In this document: positions 52,310-64,000 of the stretch, piece by piece
How positions within the stretch are numbered: the first letter of the stretch is position 1
How the letters are laid out: each line of letters opens with the position of its first letter
Assembly: GCA_010093815.1 (NCBI GenBank)
Contig: ML996581.1
From: Pseudovirgaria hyperparasitica
Taxonomy: Eukaryota
Direction: 5' to 3' (one strand)
DNA: 64,000 bases
Notes under the pieces: model-generated
Database searches by the model: none
Told to the model about the DNA's origin: nothing
The model's input: only the letters and a program-made list of their open reading frames with translations
Made by a program: the position numbers and the translations under genes

Positions 52310-55300
52310 AAAACTTCCTTTACATCCCTAAGAGGCTAACTTGGTCCATTCGGGGTAATATAGCAAGATATACACCTTAATCGATAGAGTATACTAAGTA
52401 TACTAACTACTACTATACGCACGTACGTGCAGCGTCGAAACCAAGACGTTATCGCCGTGTAAAGATATATATATACCCTCTTAAAATCCTCACGGAGATA
52501 GAGGCACGGACCACGCTACTAGAACGCTAATACGCCGACCCCCTTTTATTAGTTAAGGGTAGCCCTTAACTAATAAATATGGCGGCCTTAGGCACCGACA
52601 TACCCTAGCATATACTAGATATACCCCTACTAGTACGATAGAAAAGGCTATATAGCGACATTACTAAGGGTAACTATATACCTATCTAAAACGTAGAATA
52701 TACCTAAAGGCGCACGCCGCTATAGATAGATAGAATAAAGGGGACCCCGAGAGGGGAAACCCTTCTAGATTATATTAACTACTAGGTAGCACGTATAGAG
52801 AAGGAAGCCGGAGAGGGCTAGAAGACCCTCCTATATATATTCTAGGACCTTATCCGGAATCTAAAGGGAATTATAGAGGAGAAGAAGAAGATATAACTAG
52901 AAGGACCGAAGGGTAGGCTCGACCGAATAGAGGCCAGCCTATATAGAATCTAGGAGGAACTTACTTAAGGTAAGCGCCCTAGTATATAGGTATAAATAGT
53001 AGTAACACCGGAGGCTATACCACGGGCCCCCCGGACCGGTAACGCGGCGTGTAGTATACGCGTCGCAATCTAGGATAAGGACACCCTAGTATAGGTCTAG
53101 TAAGCATCCCTAAAGGACATAGTAAGTAAGATTAATAAATAAAAGGGAATATAGTTAAATATTATCGCTACTAAACTCACGCTAGGAGGAGTAGTACTTA
53201 CCACGATAACGAATATCGCGTAGTAGACCATCTTACGTAATCCAAACGCGATTAGTAGTATCTTTCTAGGCGCCTCTATTAGGGCGGCTATATACCCGAT
53301 ATAGATATACTCTATACCTGTAAGCGGATAGGTTATCGGAGAAGAGGATATTACGCGGATAGAATAGTTAAATAAGTAAAAATACCCAGGGATTAAGATT
53401 ATAAGAGTATGGTAGAAGAATATATAAGGGATTAAAACCAGATCGAAGGTATACTCTACTATAATAGTAGAGCTTAAGGACCCCGCCCTCGCGTATTAAA
53501 TTACGTAAGAGAGATTCCTAGCGGAAGGGGAGCTTCTTATAGCGGAACCATAGGATAGAGTATAGGCGATAATATAGTGCTTTAACTATTAGGGATACGG
53601 GTATACGGTATAGCGGTACTCCTAAAAGACTAGATATAGATAGTATTAATAAGAATATAGTACCTAGAAGTACCCCTACGGGACACGAGGAGAGGGCTAG
53701 AGAGATAGAGATATAGCGAAGTACTCTAACTACGACGGCAAGTACCCGTTATAGTCGGCTACGTGCGCGAAACGTAAATAGGTTACTAAATATATCTACT
53801 TAATCCGGATAAAGGGAGTAAGGTAGCTATAAACGATGCGATCTACTACTATTCCTCTCTTTACTATAATACTACTACTATAGACTATCTCCTTATAAGG
53901 AAGCGGTTAGGAATAGTAAACTATCCCGAGAAAGCTAATAATAGGACGGCCCTAAGGAATTACTAAGGCCGCCGCCGTACGAGGATAGTCGCGTCTTAGA
54001 GGAATAAATATATAGGCCTATATATTCCCTAGCACCTAATAAGAGACCAAGATATACTCCTAATTATATAGGCAAACGTATAGTATAAATGTAAGAACTA
54101 GGCGACACTCCTTAAGGAGACCGGAGCTATAATACTCGCTATATAGGAGCTATATAAACACTACTAGACAAATAAACCAATAACACACCTAGGATATTAT
54201 ATAATACACCCCCTAGGACCGGAGAGGAGAGTCCTCTTCTATGTCTATAAGTCTATCCTACTCTTATTATAGTTATATACTAAACGGGATAACCTCCGGA
54301 TAATACTATACCTCTAGATAAATATCGGACCCCTCTATATATATAATATATATAATTAGAACCGATTACTTTAGGCGGATAACATGCTTAAGGATACCAC
54401 CGAGCTAGAATAACACATCCTCCTAGGAGACTTTAACCTCTATTATAGCTAGTAGAGTGGACTAACCGTTACCCGCGAAGAGCTTCGAGCTAGAGAACTA
54501 CGTACCTAATACCACGGCTTTCTATACCTTCTTATACTAGTAGGATAGATTACCTAGCGAAAACATAAATAAGATAAGAGCGGATCCACACTCGACCTTA
54601 CCCTAGCCACTAGATACATTTATAATAGGACTTAATACTACCGCCTAAGCCTTATATAGATAGACTCCGACCACGAATATATAGAGACCGTAATAGACGT
54701 ATCCACCCCTTAAGACTAATAAGGGCGATAGCTATAGAAGGATACTAACTAGGAAAAGTACCTAAAGGACCTAGAATCGACGATCCTAGACCTGTCTATA
54801 GTCGACGTATCTAATGGCCCGGCCATTAACCAGGCCGTGAATATACTCCTATAGGCGTACTAGGGAGTAAGAGATAAACACGTGCCGTACTGAATATATA
54901 GACCCCTAGACCCGAAAAGTATATCTTAAGTATAAGAGTATAGGCGAGAAGTCTAGAGATTATATATACGCGTATACTATAACTATATACCTAAAGCGTA
55001 GAATAAATAGAGAGAGACGAGAAGATAACGAGATAAGGTCCTCTATAACGAGCGATATAAATAGTAGCGTATAGTCACGGATAGATATACACGTAATACC
55101 ACTAGACTATGGTATATAGTAAAATGGGCTAAAAGCACCGCCTCCCCGACACCTATACTACTTATACCCCCCCTTATATATTAAGAAAAGACGTACTCTA
55201 CGAGCCTTAAGAAAATAGAGATTCTATAAGAGGTTATGTTCCCTCTCCTAGAACCCGTAGACCTATTAGATATTAATAGTACGGAATACCCGGAAGCCGT

Positions 55301-58300
55301 AAGTATCCCTAGGGAAATCACGGACGATAATATACTCGGCGCTATTAAGATACTCCCGAACGATAAAGCGCCTAGGCTAGATAGAATTCCGAATCGATGC
55401 CTTAAGAGGACTATATAGGCGACCTTACTAATTATAGGCTATATATTCCGAGCGTGCGCCCGTATAGGATACTACCCATAGAGCTTCCGAACTATATATA
55501 TAGTTATACTCCTAAAACTAGGGAAGAGTCTAAACNNNNNNNNNNCGTCGAAACCAAGACGTTATCGCCGTGTAAAGATATATATATACCCTCTTAAAAT
55601 CCTCACGGAGATAGAGGCACGGACCACGCTACTAGAACGCTAATACGCCGACCCCCTTTTATTAGTTAAGGGTAGCCCTTAACTAATAAATATGGCGGCC
55701 TTAGGCACCGACATACCCTAGCATATACCAGATATACCCCTACTAGTACGATAGAAAAGGCTATATAGCGACATTACTAAGGGTAACTATATACCTATCT
55801 AAAACGTAGAATATACCTAAAGGCGCACGCCGCTATAGATAGATAGAATAAAGGGGACCCCGAGAGGGGAAACCCTTCTAGATTATATTAACTACTAGGT
55901 AGCACGTATAGAGAAGGAAGCCGGAGAGGGCTAGAAGACCCTCCTATATATATTCTAGGACCTTATCCGGAATCTAAAGGGAATTATAGAGGAGAAGAAG
56001 AAGATATAACTAGAAGGACCGAAGGGTAGGCTCGACCGAATAGAGGCCAGCCTATATAGAATCTAGGAGGAACTTACTTAAGGTAAGCGCCCTAGTATAT
56101 AGGTATAAATAGTAGTAACACCGGAGGCTATACCACGGGCCCCCCGGACCGGTAACGCGGCGTGTAGTATACGCGTCGCAATCTAGGATAAGGACACCCT
56201 AGTATAGGTCTAGTAAGCATCCCTAAAGGACATAGTAAGTAAGATTAATAAATAAAAGGGAATATAGTTAAATATTATCGCTACTAAACTCACGCTAGGA
56301 GGAGTAGTACTTACCACGATAACGAATATCGCGTAGTAGACCATCTTACGTAATCCAAACGCGATTAGTAGTATCTTTCTAGGCGCCTCTATTAGGGCGG
56401 CTATATACCCGATATAGATATACTCTATACCTGTAAGCGGATAGGTTATCGGAGAAGAGGATATTACGCGGATAGAATAGTTAAATAAGTAAAAATACCC
56501 AGGGATTAAGATTATAAGAGTATGGTAGAAGAATATATAAGGGATTAAAACCAGATCGAAGGTATACTCTACTATAATAGTAGAGCTTAAGGACCCCGCC
56601 CTCGCGTATTAAATTACGTAAGAGAGATTCCTAGCGGAAGGGGAGCTTCTTATAGCGGAACCATAGGATAGAGTATAGGCGATAATATAGTGCTTTAACT
56701 ATTAGGGATACGGGTATACGGTATAGCGGTACTCCTAAAAGACTAGATATAGATAGTATTAATAAGAATATAGTACCTAGAAGTACCCCTACGGGACACG
56801 AGGAGAGGGCTAGAGAGATAGAGATATAGCGAAGTACTCTAACTACGACGGCAAGTACCCGTTATAGTCGGCTACGTGCGCGAAACGTAAATAGGTTACT
56901 AAATATATCTACTTAATCCGGATAAAGGGAGTAAGGTAGCTATAAACGATGCGATCTACTACTATTCCTCTCTTTACTATAATACTACTACTATAGACTA
57001 TCTCCTTATAAGGAAGCGGTTAGGAATAGTAAACTATCCCGAGAAAGCTAATAATAGGACGGCCCTAAGGAATTACTAAGGCCGCCGCCGTACGAGGATA
57101 GTCGCGTCTTAGAGGAATAAATATATAGGCCTATATATTCCCTAGCACCTAATAAGAGACCAAGATATACTCCTAATTATATAGGCAAACGTATAGTATA
57201 AATGTAAGAACTAGGCGACACTCCTTAAGGAGACCGGAGCTATAATACTCGCTATATAGGAGCTATATAAACACTACTAGACAAATAAACCAATAACACA
57301 CCTAGGATATTATATAATACACCCCCTAGGACCGGAGAGGAGAGTCCTCTTCTATGTCTATAAGTCTATCCTACTCTTATTATAGTTATATACTAAACGG
57401 GATAACCTCCGGATAATACTATACCTCTAGATAAATATCGGACCCCTCTATATATATAATATATATAATTAGAACCGATTACTTTAGGCGGATAACATGC
57501 TTAAGGATACCACCGAGCTAGAATAACACATCCTCCTAGGAGACTTTAACCTCTATTATAGCTAGTAGAGTGGACTAACCGTTACCCGCGAAGAGCTTCG
57601 AGCTAGAGAACTACGTACCTAATACCACGGCTTTCTATACCTTCTTATACTAGTAGGATAGATTACCTAGCGAAAACATAAATAAGATAAGAGCGGATCC
57701 ACACTCGACCTTACCCTAGCCACTAGATACATTTATAATAGGACTTAATACTACCGCCTAAGCCTTATATAGATAGACTCCGACCACGAATATATAGAGA
57801 CCGTAATAGACGTATCCACCCCTTAAGACTAATAAGGGCGATAGCTATAGAAGGATACTAACTAGGAAAAGTACCTAAAGGACCTAGAATCGACGATCCT
57901 AGACCTGTCTATAGTCGACGTATCTAATGGCCCGGCCATTAACCAGGCCGTGAATATACTCCTATAGGCGTACTAGGGAGTAAGAGATAAACACGTGCCG
58001 TACTGAATATATAGACCCCTAGACCCGAAAAGTATATCTTAAGTATAAGAGTATAGGCGAGAAGTCTAGAGATTATATATACGCGTATACTATAACTATA
58101 TACCTAAAGCGTAGAATAAATAGAGAGAGACGAGAAGATAACGAGATAAGGTCCTCTATAACGAGCGATATAAATAGTAGCGTATAGTCACGGATAGATA
58201 TACACGTAATACCACTAGACTATGGTATATAGTAAAATGGGCTAAAAGCACCGCCTCCCCGACACCTATACTACTTATACCCCCCCTTATATATTAAGAA

Positions 58301-60720
58301 AAGACGTACTCTACGAGCCTTAAGAAAATAGAGATTCTATAAGAGGTTATGTTCCCTCTCCTAGAACCCGTAGACCTATTAGATATTAATAGTACGGAAT
58401 ACCCGGAAGCCGTAAGTATCCCTAGGGAAATCACGGACGATAATATACTCGGCGCTATTAAGATACTCCCGAACGATAAAGCGCCTAGGCTAGATAGAAT
58501 TCCGAATCGATGCCTTAAGAGGACTATATAGGCGACCTTACTAATTATAGGCTATATATTCCGAGCGTGCGCCCGTATAGGATACTACCCATAGAGCTTC
58601 CGAACTATATATATAGTTATACTCCTAAAACTAGGGAAGAGTCTAAACACGCCGAAGGGATAGAGGCCGATCGCCCTTCTCTTCTACCTTAGTAAGATAC
58701 TAGAAGCTATGATTACTAAGAAGATAAGTATAGTAGTATAGGTACACGGCCTTCTCCTAGTAAACCAGAAGGTGAAGGTAGAAAGCTCCCTAATTACGGC
58801 CATTTAATACATCCTCGAGATTATCTAGACTATATAGAAATAAGGACGAGTCGTTACGCTACTCTCCCTAGACATAGTAGGGGCGTTTAATAAGATAAAC
58901 TATATAAGACTTATCTATAACCTCCGGATAAGGCGAATACCTAAGTAGATTATATGATTTATATAGTCCTTTCTCGCGTAAAGGACTACTTAAATATATA
59001 TCCCCAGATACCGAAGCAAATATAAGGAGACAGTATACAGCATCCCATAAGGGAGCACCATCTCCCCAATCCTCTTCCTCTTCTTTATAGTAGACCTCCT
59101 TTAGAGAATAGAATATATAGAGATAGTCGGATACACGGACGATATATACCTCCTCACGGTCGATAGTAGTACTAGTAGAACATATACACGACTCGAACAA
59201 GACCACGAGAAATACGTCTAGTAGGTAAAGCGCCACGGAGTAAAATTCGCACCTAAAAAATACTAGCTTATATACTTTATTAACCGCTATGGAGGATGGG
59301 CTACTAGAGAGGGGGTACGTCGCCTCTAAATCGACGCCTTTATAGAACCACTAGCATAGAGTATACGAGCACTCGGCGTCATAATCAATAATAAGCTAAA
59401 ATAGAGACCATAGGTGGTACACGCCGTCTCTAGAGCCCTCTAGATAGAAACCGCTATACGCCGGATTACAGTATCCACGTAGAGAATAGCCTAGAATAAG
59501 GCGAGATAGCTATACGTCTCCCTAGCACGCCTAGCCTTTATATACGGACACGAGTACTAGTATACGGCCCTTATATAAGCTCAGCGGGTAAAGCTTAAGT
59601 CTATATAAAACCGTATACTCCGCCTTATCTCCGGCGTATATAAAGCTACTAATATAACGCTCCTCCGACGCGAGATAAACGTAATAAGTATATAGGACTT
59701 CTACTAGATATAGAGACTTATATACTTTACTAAATAATAAGTATAAGAACGTGGAGGAGATAGGGTATATATCTTCGCTGTACTACGTACACGTATCCAC
59801 GCGCATTACTAGGCCCTCTCTACTATAGAATAAACTTAAGTGTAATATAAATACTATATAGAGGCGGACTCGAGCTAGACCATATAGAAGGTTTAAAATA
59901 ACCCGGATACCGTCCCGAGCTAATAGAGCCCTAAGGAGCTTAGCCGCGTTATATGGTCGTGGATCTAGGATAAATAGAGGGAGGTACTTAAAGCCTAGTA
60001 GGCCTCCTAATAGAATAGATATCTAGAATAGATCTAAGGGCCTTAGAAGGAACTAAGTAAATAGATATATAAAGGGCTAACGAAGGCCTAAGTATCTATA
60101 CTCCTCTAAGCCCGAATAGGCGCTATAGATCTTCTATATTACCTCTACTAGAGAGGCGTCCTAGATATATCTCCCTAGTATAAGGACTACGGCCGGAGAG
60201 GTATAATACGCCACTACCTCGCGACGTGCTCTAGCCTCTATACTCTAAGATAAGCCCTTATCCGTATAATAAGGACCTCCGACATCACGCGATAGCTTAA
60301 TAAGTACTCTAAGGATGTCGCCTAATGGATGCTCGCATACCTTCCTCTCCCCTAGTTCTAGTAGACCCGTATATATATACTAGAAGAAGCCTGATATATA
60401 CTAGAAGAACCCCGGTATACGTCGGAAGAACCCCGGGAGAACCGCGATTATTAGTTAAGGGTAGCCCTTAACTAATAATCTCCGTACCTACACGTGCTGC
60501 CTAAGGGCAAACCATTATAATATAGACTGTAGGCCCATAGGTAGCCCCTAGGGCTATATATATATAAAGAACGAGAGGATAGACAGAGCGTAGTCATGGA
60601 TATGAGTAAGTTTTTTCTATTCGTAGGTTTCTTCTTATATAGTAGCTTAGACTAGAGGAGGCATGCGCCTATAGAGTGGTACTCTACCTAGTTTACTAAT
60701 ATTATTATTATTATTATTAT
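52310..60720 (+). mobile_element. LINE copy E (same subfamily as C), nested in LINE D; apparent length inflated by a duplicated overlap at the gap
   Basis: 12 bp TSD TATACTTATTAT at 52298-52309 and 60721-60732; (TAT)n tail. Confidence 0.9.
55536..55545. other. Scaffold gap (10 N)
   Basis: Run of n. Confidence 1.
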
Positions 60721-63700
60721 TATACTTATTATTATATAGGCGAACGTATAATATAAACGAGAAAACTAAGTAACGCTTCTAGAAGAGATAGAAGCCGTAA
60801 TAATAGCTATCTAGGAACTATATAAACACTACCAAACCAACAAGCCAATAATACACCTAGGATACTATACTATCCACCCCATAGGCCCGGATAGGAGAGT
60901 TATATTTTATATATATAAGTCGATCCCGCTCTTAGAATGGTCTTATACCGAACGTAATAACCTCCGGATGATACTATATCTCTAGATAAGTATAGGGCCT
61001 CTCTATATCTATAATATCTATAATTAATAGTAATCGCTTATGCTAGATAATATACTCGAGGGCACCACGACGCCGGGATAATATATTCTTCTAGGCGACT
61101 TTAATCTCTACCATAGGTGGTAGGGAGACCCAGCCATCGCGAGAGAAGAACTTAGAGTAAGAGAACTATATACACGGTGCTATAACTTTCTATACCTCCT
61201 TACACCCGTGGGGTAGATTACCTAGAGGAAATATAAATAGGACGAGAACGGGTCTACGCTCGACCTTACCCTTGCCACCGAGTATATTAGCTATAGAGTA
61301 TAGTACTACCGCCCGAGCCGGATATAGATAGACTCCGACCACGAATGCATGGAAACTATAATAGACGTCTCCACTCTTAACTAATAACGTAGGAAATGGC
61401 TATAGAAGGATACTAATTAGGATAAATACCTAGAGGACCTAGAATCGGTAATTCTAGACCCCTCTATAGTCGACGTATCCAACGGCCCAGCCATAGATAA
61501 GGCCGTGCAAGTCCTCCTTTAAGTATACTAAGCTATAAGAGATAAACACGTACTATACTAAACGTATAGACCCCTAGAAGTAAGGGGTATACCTTAAATA
61601 TAAGAGTATAGAAGAGACGCCCGTAGACTATATACACGTGTATACTATATCCGGACGACTAAGGCGTGGAAAGAGTAGAAGGAAGTAGTGCGATATTATA
61701 ATAGGGCCCTCCGTAATAAACGACGAAAATAATAGCGTATAATTACCGATAAATATATATAGTAAGCCGTAGGGCTATAGCGTATAGTAAAGTAGGCTAA
61801 GGGTATAGACGCGCCGATACCGCCGCTACTAATACCTCCCCTAATATACTAAGAAAGAATATACTCTATAAGCCTAGAGAAGACGGAGATCTTATATAAA
61901 GTTATATTCCCCCTCCCGGAGCTAGTAGATCTATTAGATATTAATAACACTAAATACCTAGATATAATTAATATCCCCTAAGAGGTTACCGAGGAGGATA
62001 TACTTAATACCGTTAAAGTACTCCCGAATAATAAGGTACCCGGACCGGATAGGATACTAAATAGATGCCTTAAACGCACTATACTAGCTACCCTACCGCT
62101 TATTAGTTATATATTTCAAGCATGTATTAAGAACGGATACCACCCCTAAAGCTTCCGGGCTATCTATACTATTATACTCCCGAAACTAGGGAAGAACCCT
62201 AGCTCCCCGAAAGGATAGAGGCTAATCGCCCTCCTCTTCTATCTTAGAAAGATACTAGAGGCTACGATCGCGAAGAAGATAAGCGCCGTAGCATAGAAAT
62301 ATAACCTCCTCCTAGTAAACTAGAAGGCGAAGGCTAGAAGCTCCCTAATTACCGCTATCTAATATATCCTCGAAGTCGTCTAGACCGTATAGAAGTAGGG
62401 ACGTATAGTAACGCTACTCTCCCTTGACATGGCCGGCATATTCGATAAAGTAAACCATATAAGACTTATCTATAACTTGCGGAAGAGGCGTATACCCGCG
62501 TGGATTACGCGGTTTATATAGTCCTTCCTCGCCGAAAGAGTTACCTAGATATATATCCCTAGATATTAAAGTAAGTATAAGAAGACAGCTTACGGCATCC
62601 TATAAGGAAGTACTATCTCCCCGATCCTCTTCCTCTTCTTTACTATAGACCTCCTCTAGAGAATATAATATATAGAGGTAGTAGAATACGTAGACGATAT
62701 ATACCTTCTAGCTATCGATAATAATACTAGCTAAATATATAGACGACTCGAATAAGACCACGGGAGATATATCTAATGGGTAAAGCGCCACGGAGTAAAG
62801 TTCGCCCCCGAAAAGTACTAACTCATGTACTTTATTAACCGCCGTAGAAAATGGGCTACTAGGGAAGGCGAGCAACGCTCTAGAATAGACGCCTTCGACG
62901 AACCGCCGATATAAAGTATACACGCACTTAGCGTCATGATCGATAATAAGCTTAAATAGGGACCATAGGTAGCATACGCCGTTTCTAGGGCCCTCTAGGT
63001 AGAAGCCGCTATACGACGGATTATAGCCTCTATATAGGGAACCGCCCGGGATAAGGCACGCTAGCTATATATATCTATGGTACGACCCGCCTTCACGTAC
63101 GGACACGAGTACTAGTATATAGCCCTTATATAGACTAGGCGAATAAAGCTCGAATCTATATAGAACCGTATACTCCGTCTTATATTAGGCGTATATAAAG
63201 CTACTAATACGGTACTACTACGACGCGAGATAGACGTTATAAGTATATATAACTTCTACTAGATATAGAGGGTAGTATACTTTACTAAATAATAAGTATA
63301 GGAACGTATAGGAAATATAGAATATACCTTCGCTACGCTACGCGCGCGAGTTAGCGTATACTACTAAGTACTCTTATATATAGGCCGGACTCGACTATAG
63401 TATAAGTACCCGATAGAAACAGACTTAAACTAAGTAGTATAAGAGATTAAGGATAATCTAGATGCCCTTCTAGACTAATAGAGCCTTCGAGAGCTTAGAC
63501 GAAGTATATAGTTATAGATCTAAGATAAGTAGAAAGAGACACTCTAGGCCTAGTGGGCCTTCTAGTAGAATAGATACCTAGAGTAGATCCGAGGACCATA
63601 GAAGGAGCTAAGTAAATAGATATATAAAGGGCTTATAAAGGCCTAGGCATCTATACTCCTCTAAGCCTAAACGGGCGCTATAGAACTTCTATACTACCTC

Positions 63701-64000
63701 TATAAGAGAGGCGTCCCTAACGTGTCTCTATAGTATAAGGCGTACGGCCGGAGAGGTATAATACGCCACTATCTCGTAATATACCCCGATCTTTACACGT
63801 AAAGGTAGAAGCTTATCTATATAATAAGAACCTCTAATATCGTACGATAGCTTAATAAGTACCCTAAGGAAGTCGCCCGGTAGATAATTATATACCTACT
63901 ACTCCTCTAATTCTAGTAGACCCGGAAATATATACTAGAAGGAACCCGGCATATATTAGAGGAAACCCGGTATATACTAGAAGAACCCCTTAACTAATAA

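Larger units (their letters stand above)
50533..64000 (+). mobile_element. LINE copy D (50533-52309 plus 60733 to beyond 64000), split by LINE E
   Basis: 5' UTR and ORF1 run to the start of ORF2 at 52309. ORF2 resumes at 60733 (IQANV..) and continues through RT (Y.DD ~62688) to the window end. Confidence 0.9.

Noticed and set aside
23968..62923. ORF-track entries as real genes
   Set aside because: They are short antisense or chance frames within RIPed elements. 55236-55418 and 58349-58531 are stop-free fragments of LINE ORF2, and 29479-29733 lies within the helicase relic.

Overview
AT-rich fungal (ascomycete-type) heterochromatin with no intact protein-coding gene. CpA/TpG is strongly depleted and TpA enriched throughout, the signature of repeat-induced point mutation (RIP), so protein calls below come from reading motifs with RIP transitions mentally reversed. 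The window is a nest of insertions, most with exact target-site duplications (TSDs). (1) A Copia LTR end at 1-97. (2) A Plavaka-like transposase relic split by a full-length LINE (4216-9540) and an 8.6 kb Ty3/Gypsy element (10175-18791). The Gypsy carries a spliced antisense gene and a Pol III-like hairpin RNA unit, and is itself interrupted by a 601 bp TRIM. (3) A ~21 kb RIP-destroyed block of non-transposase genes: a Upf1/NAM7-like helicase with three CCHC knuckles, an intron-containing SNF2 helicase with tandemly duplicated exons, and unknown ORFs. It is hit by a LINE and a second TRIM copy. (4) A Copia relic in RT-RNaseH-LTR-gag-PR-INT order, split by a LINE. (5) A LINE nested in another LINE, with a 3.1 kb false duplication at a scaffold gap. 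Most notable: the self-priming TRIM whose tRNA-type A and B boxes are joined only at its 5' LTR, the similarly built hairpin unit inside the Gypsy, and a 31 bp palindrome bracketing the coding region of every LINE.
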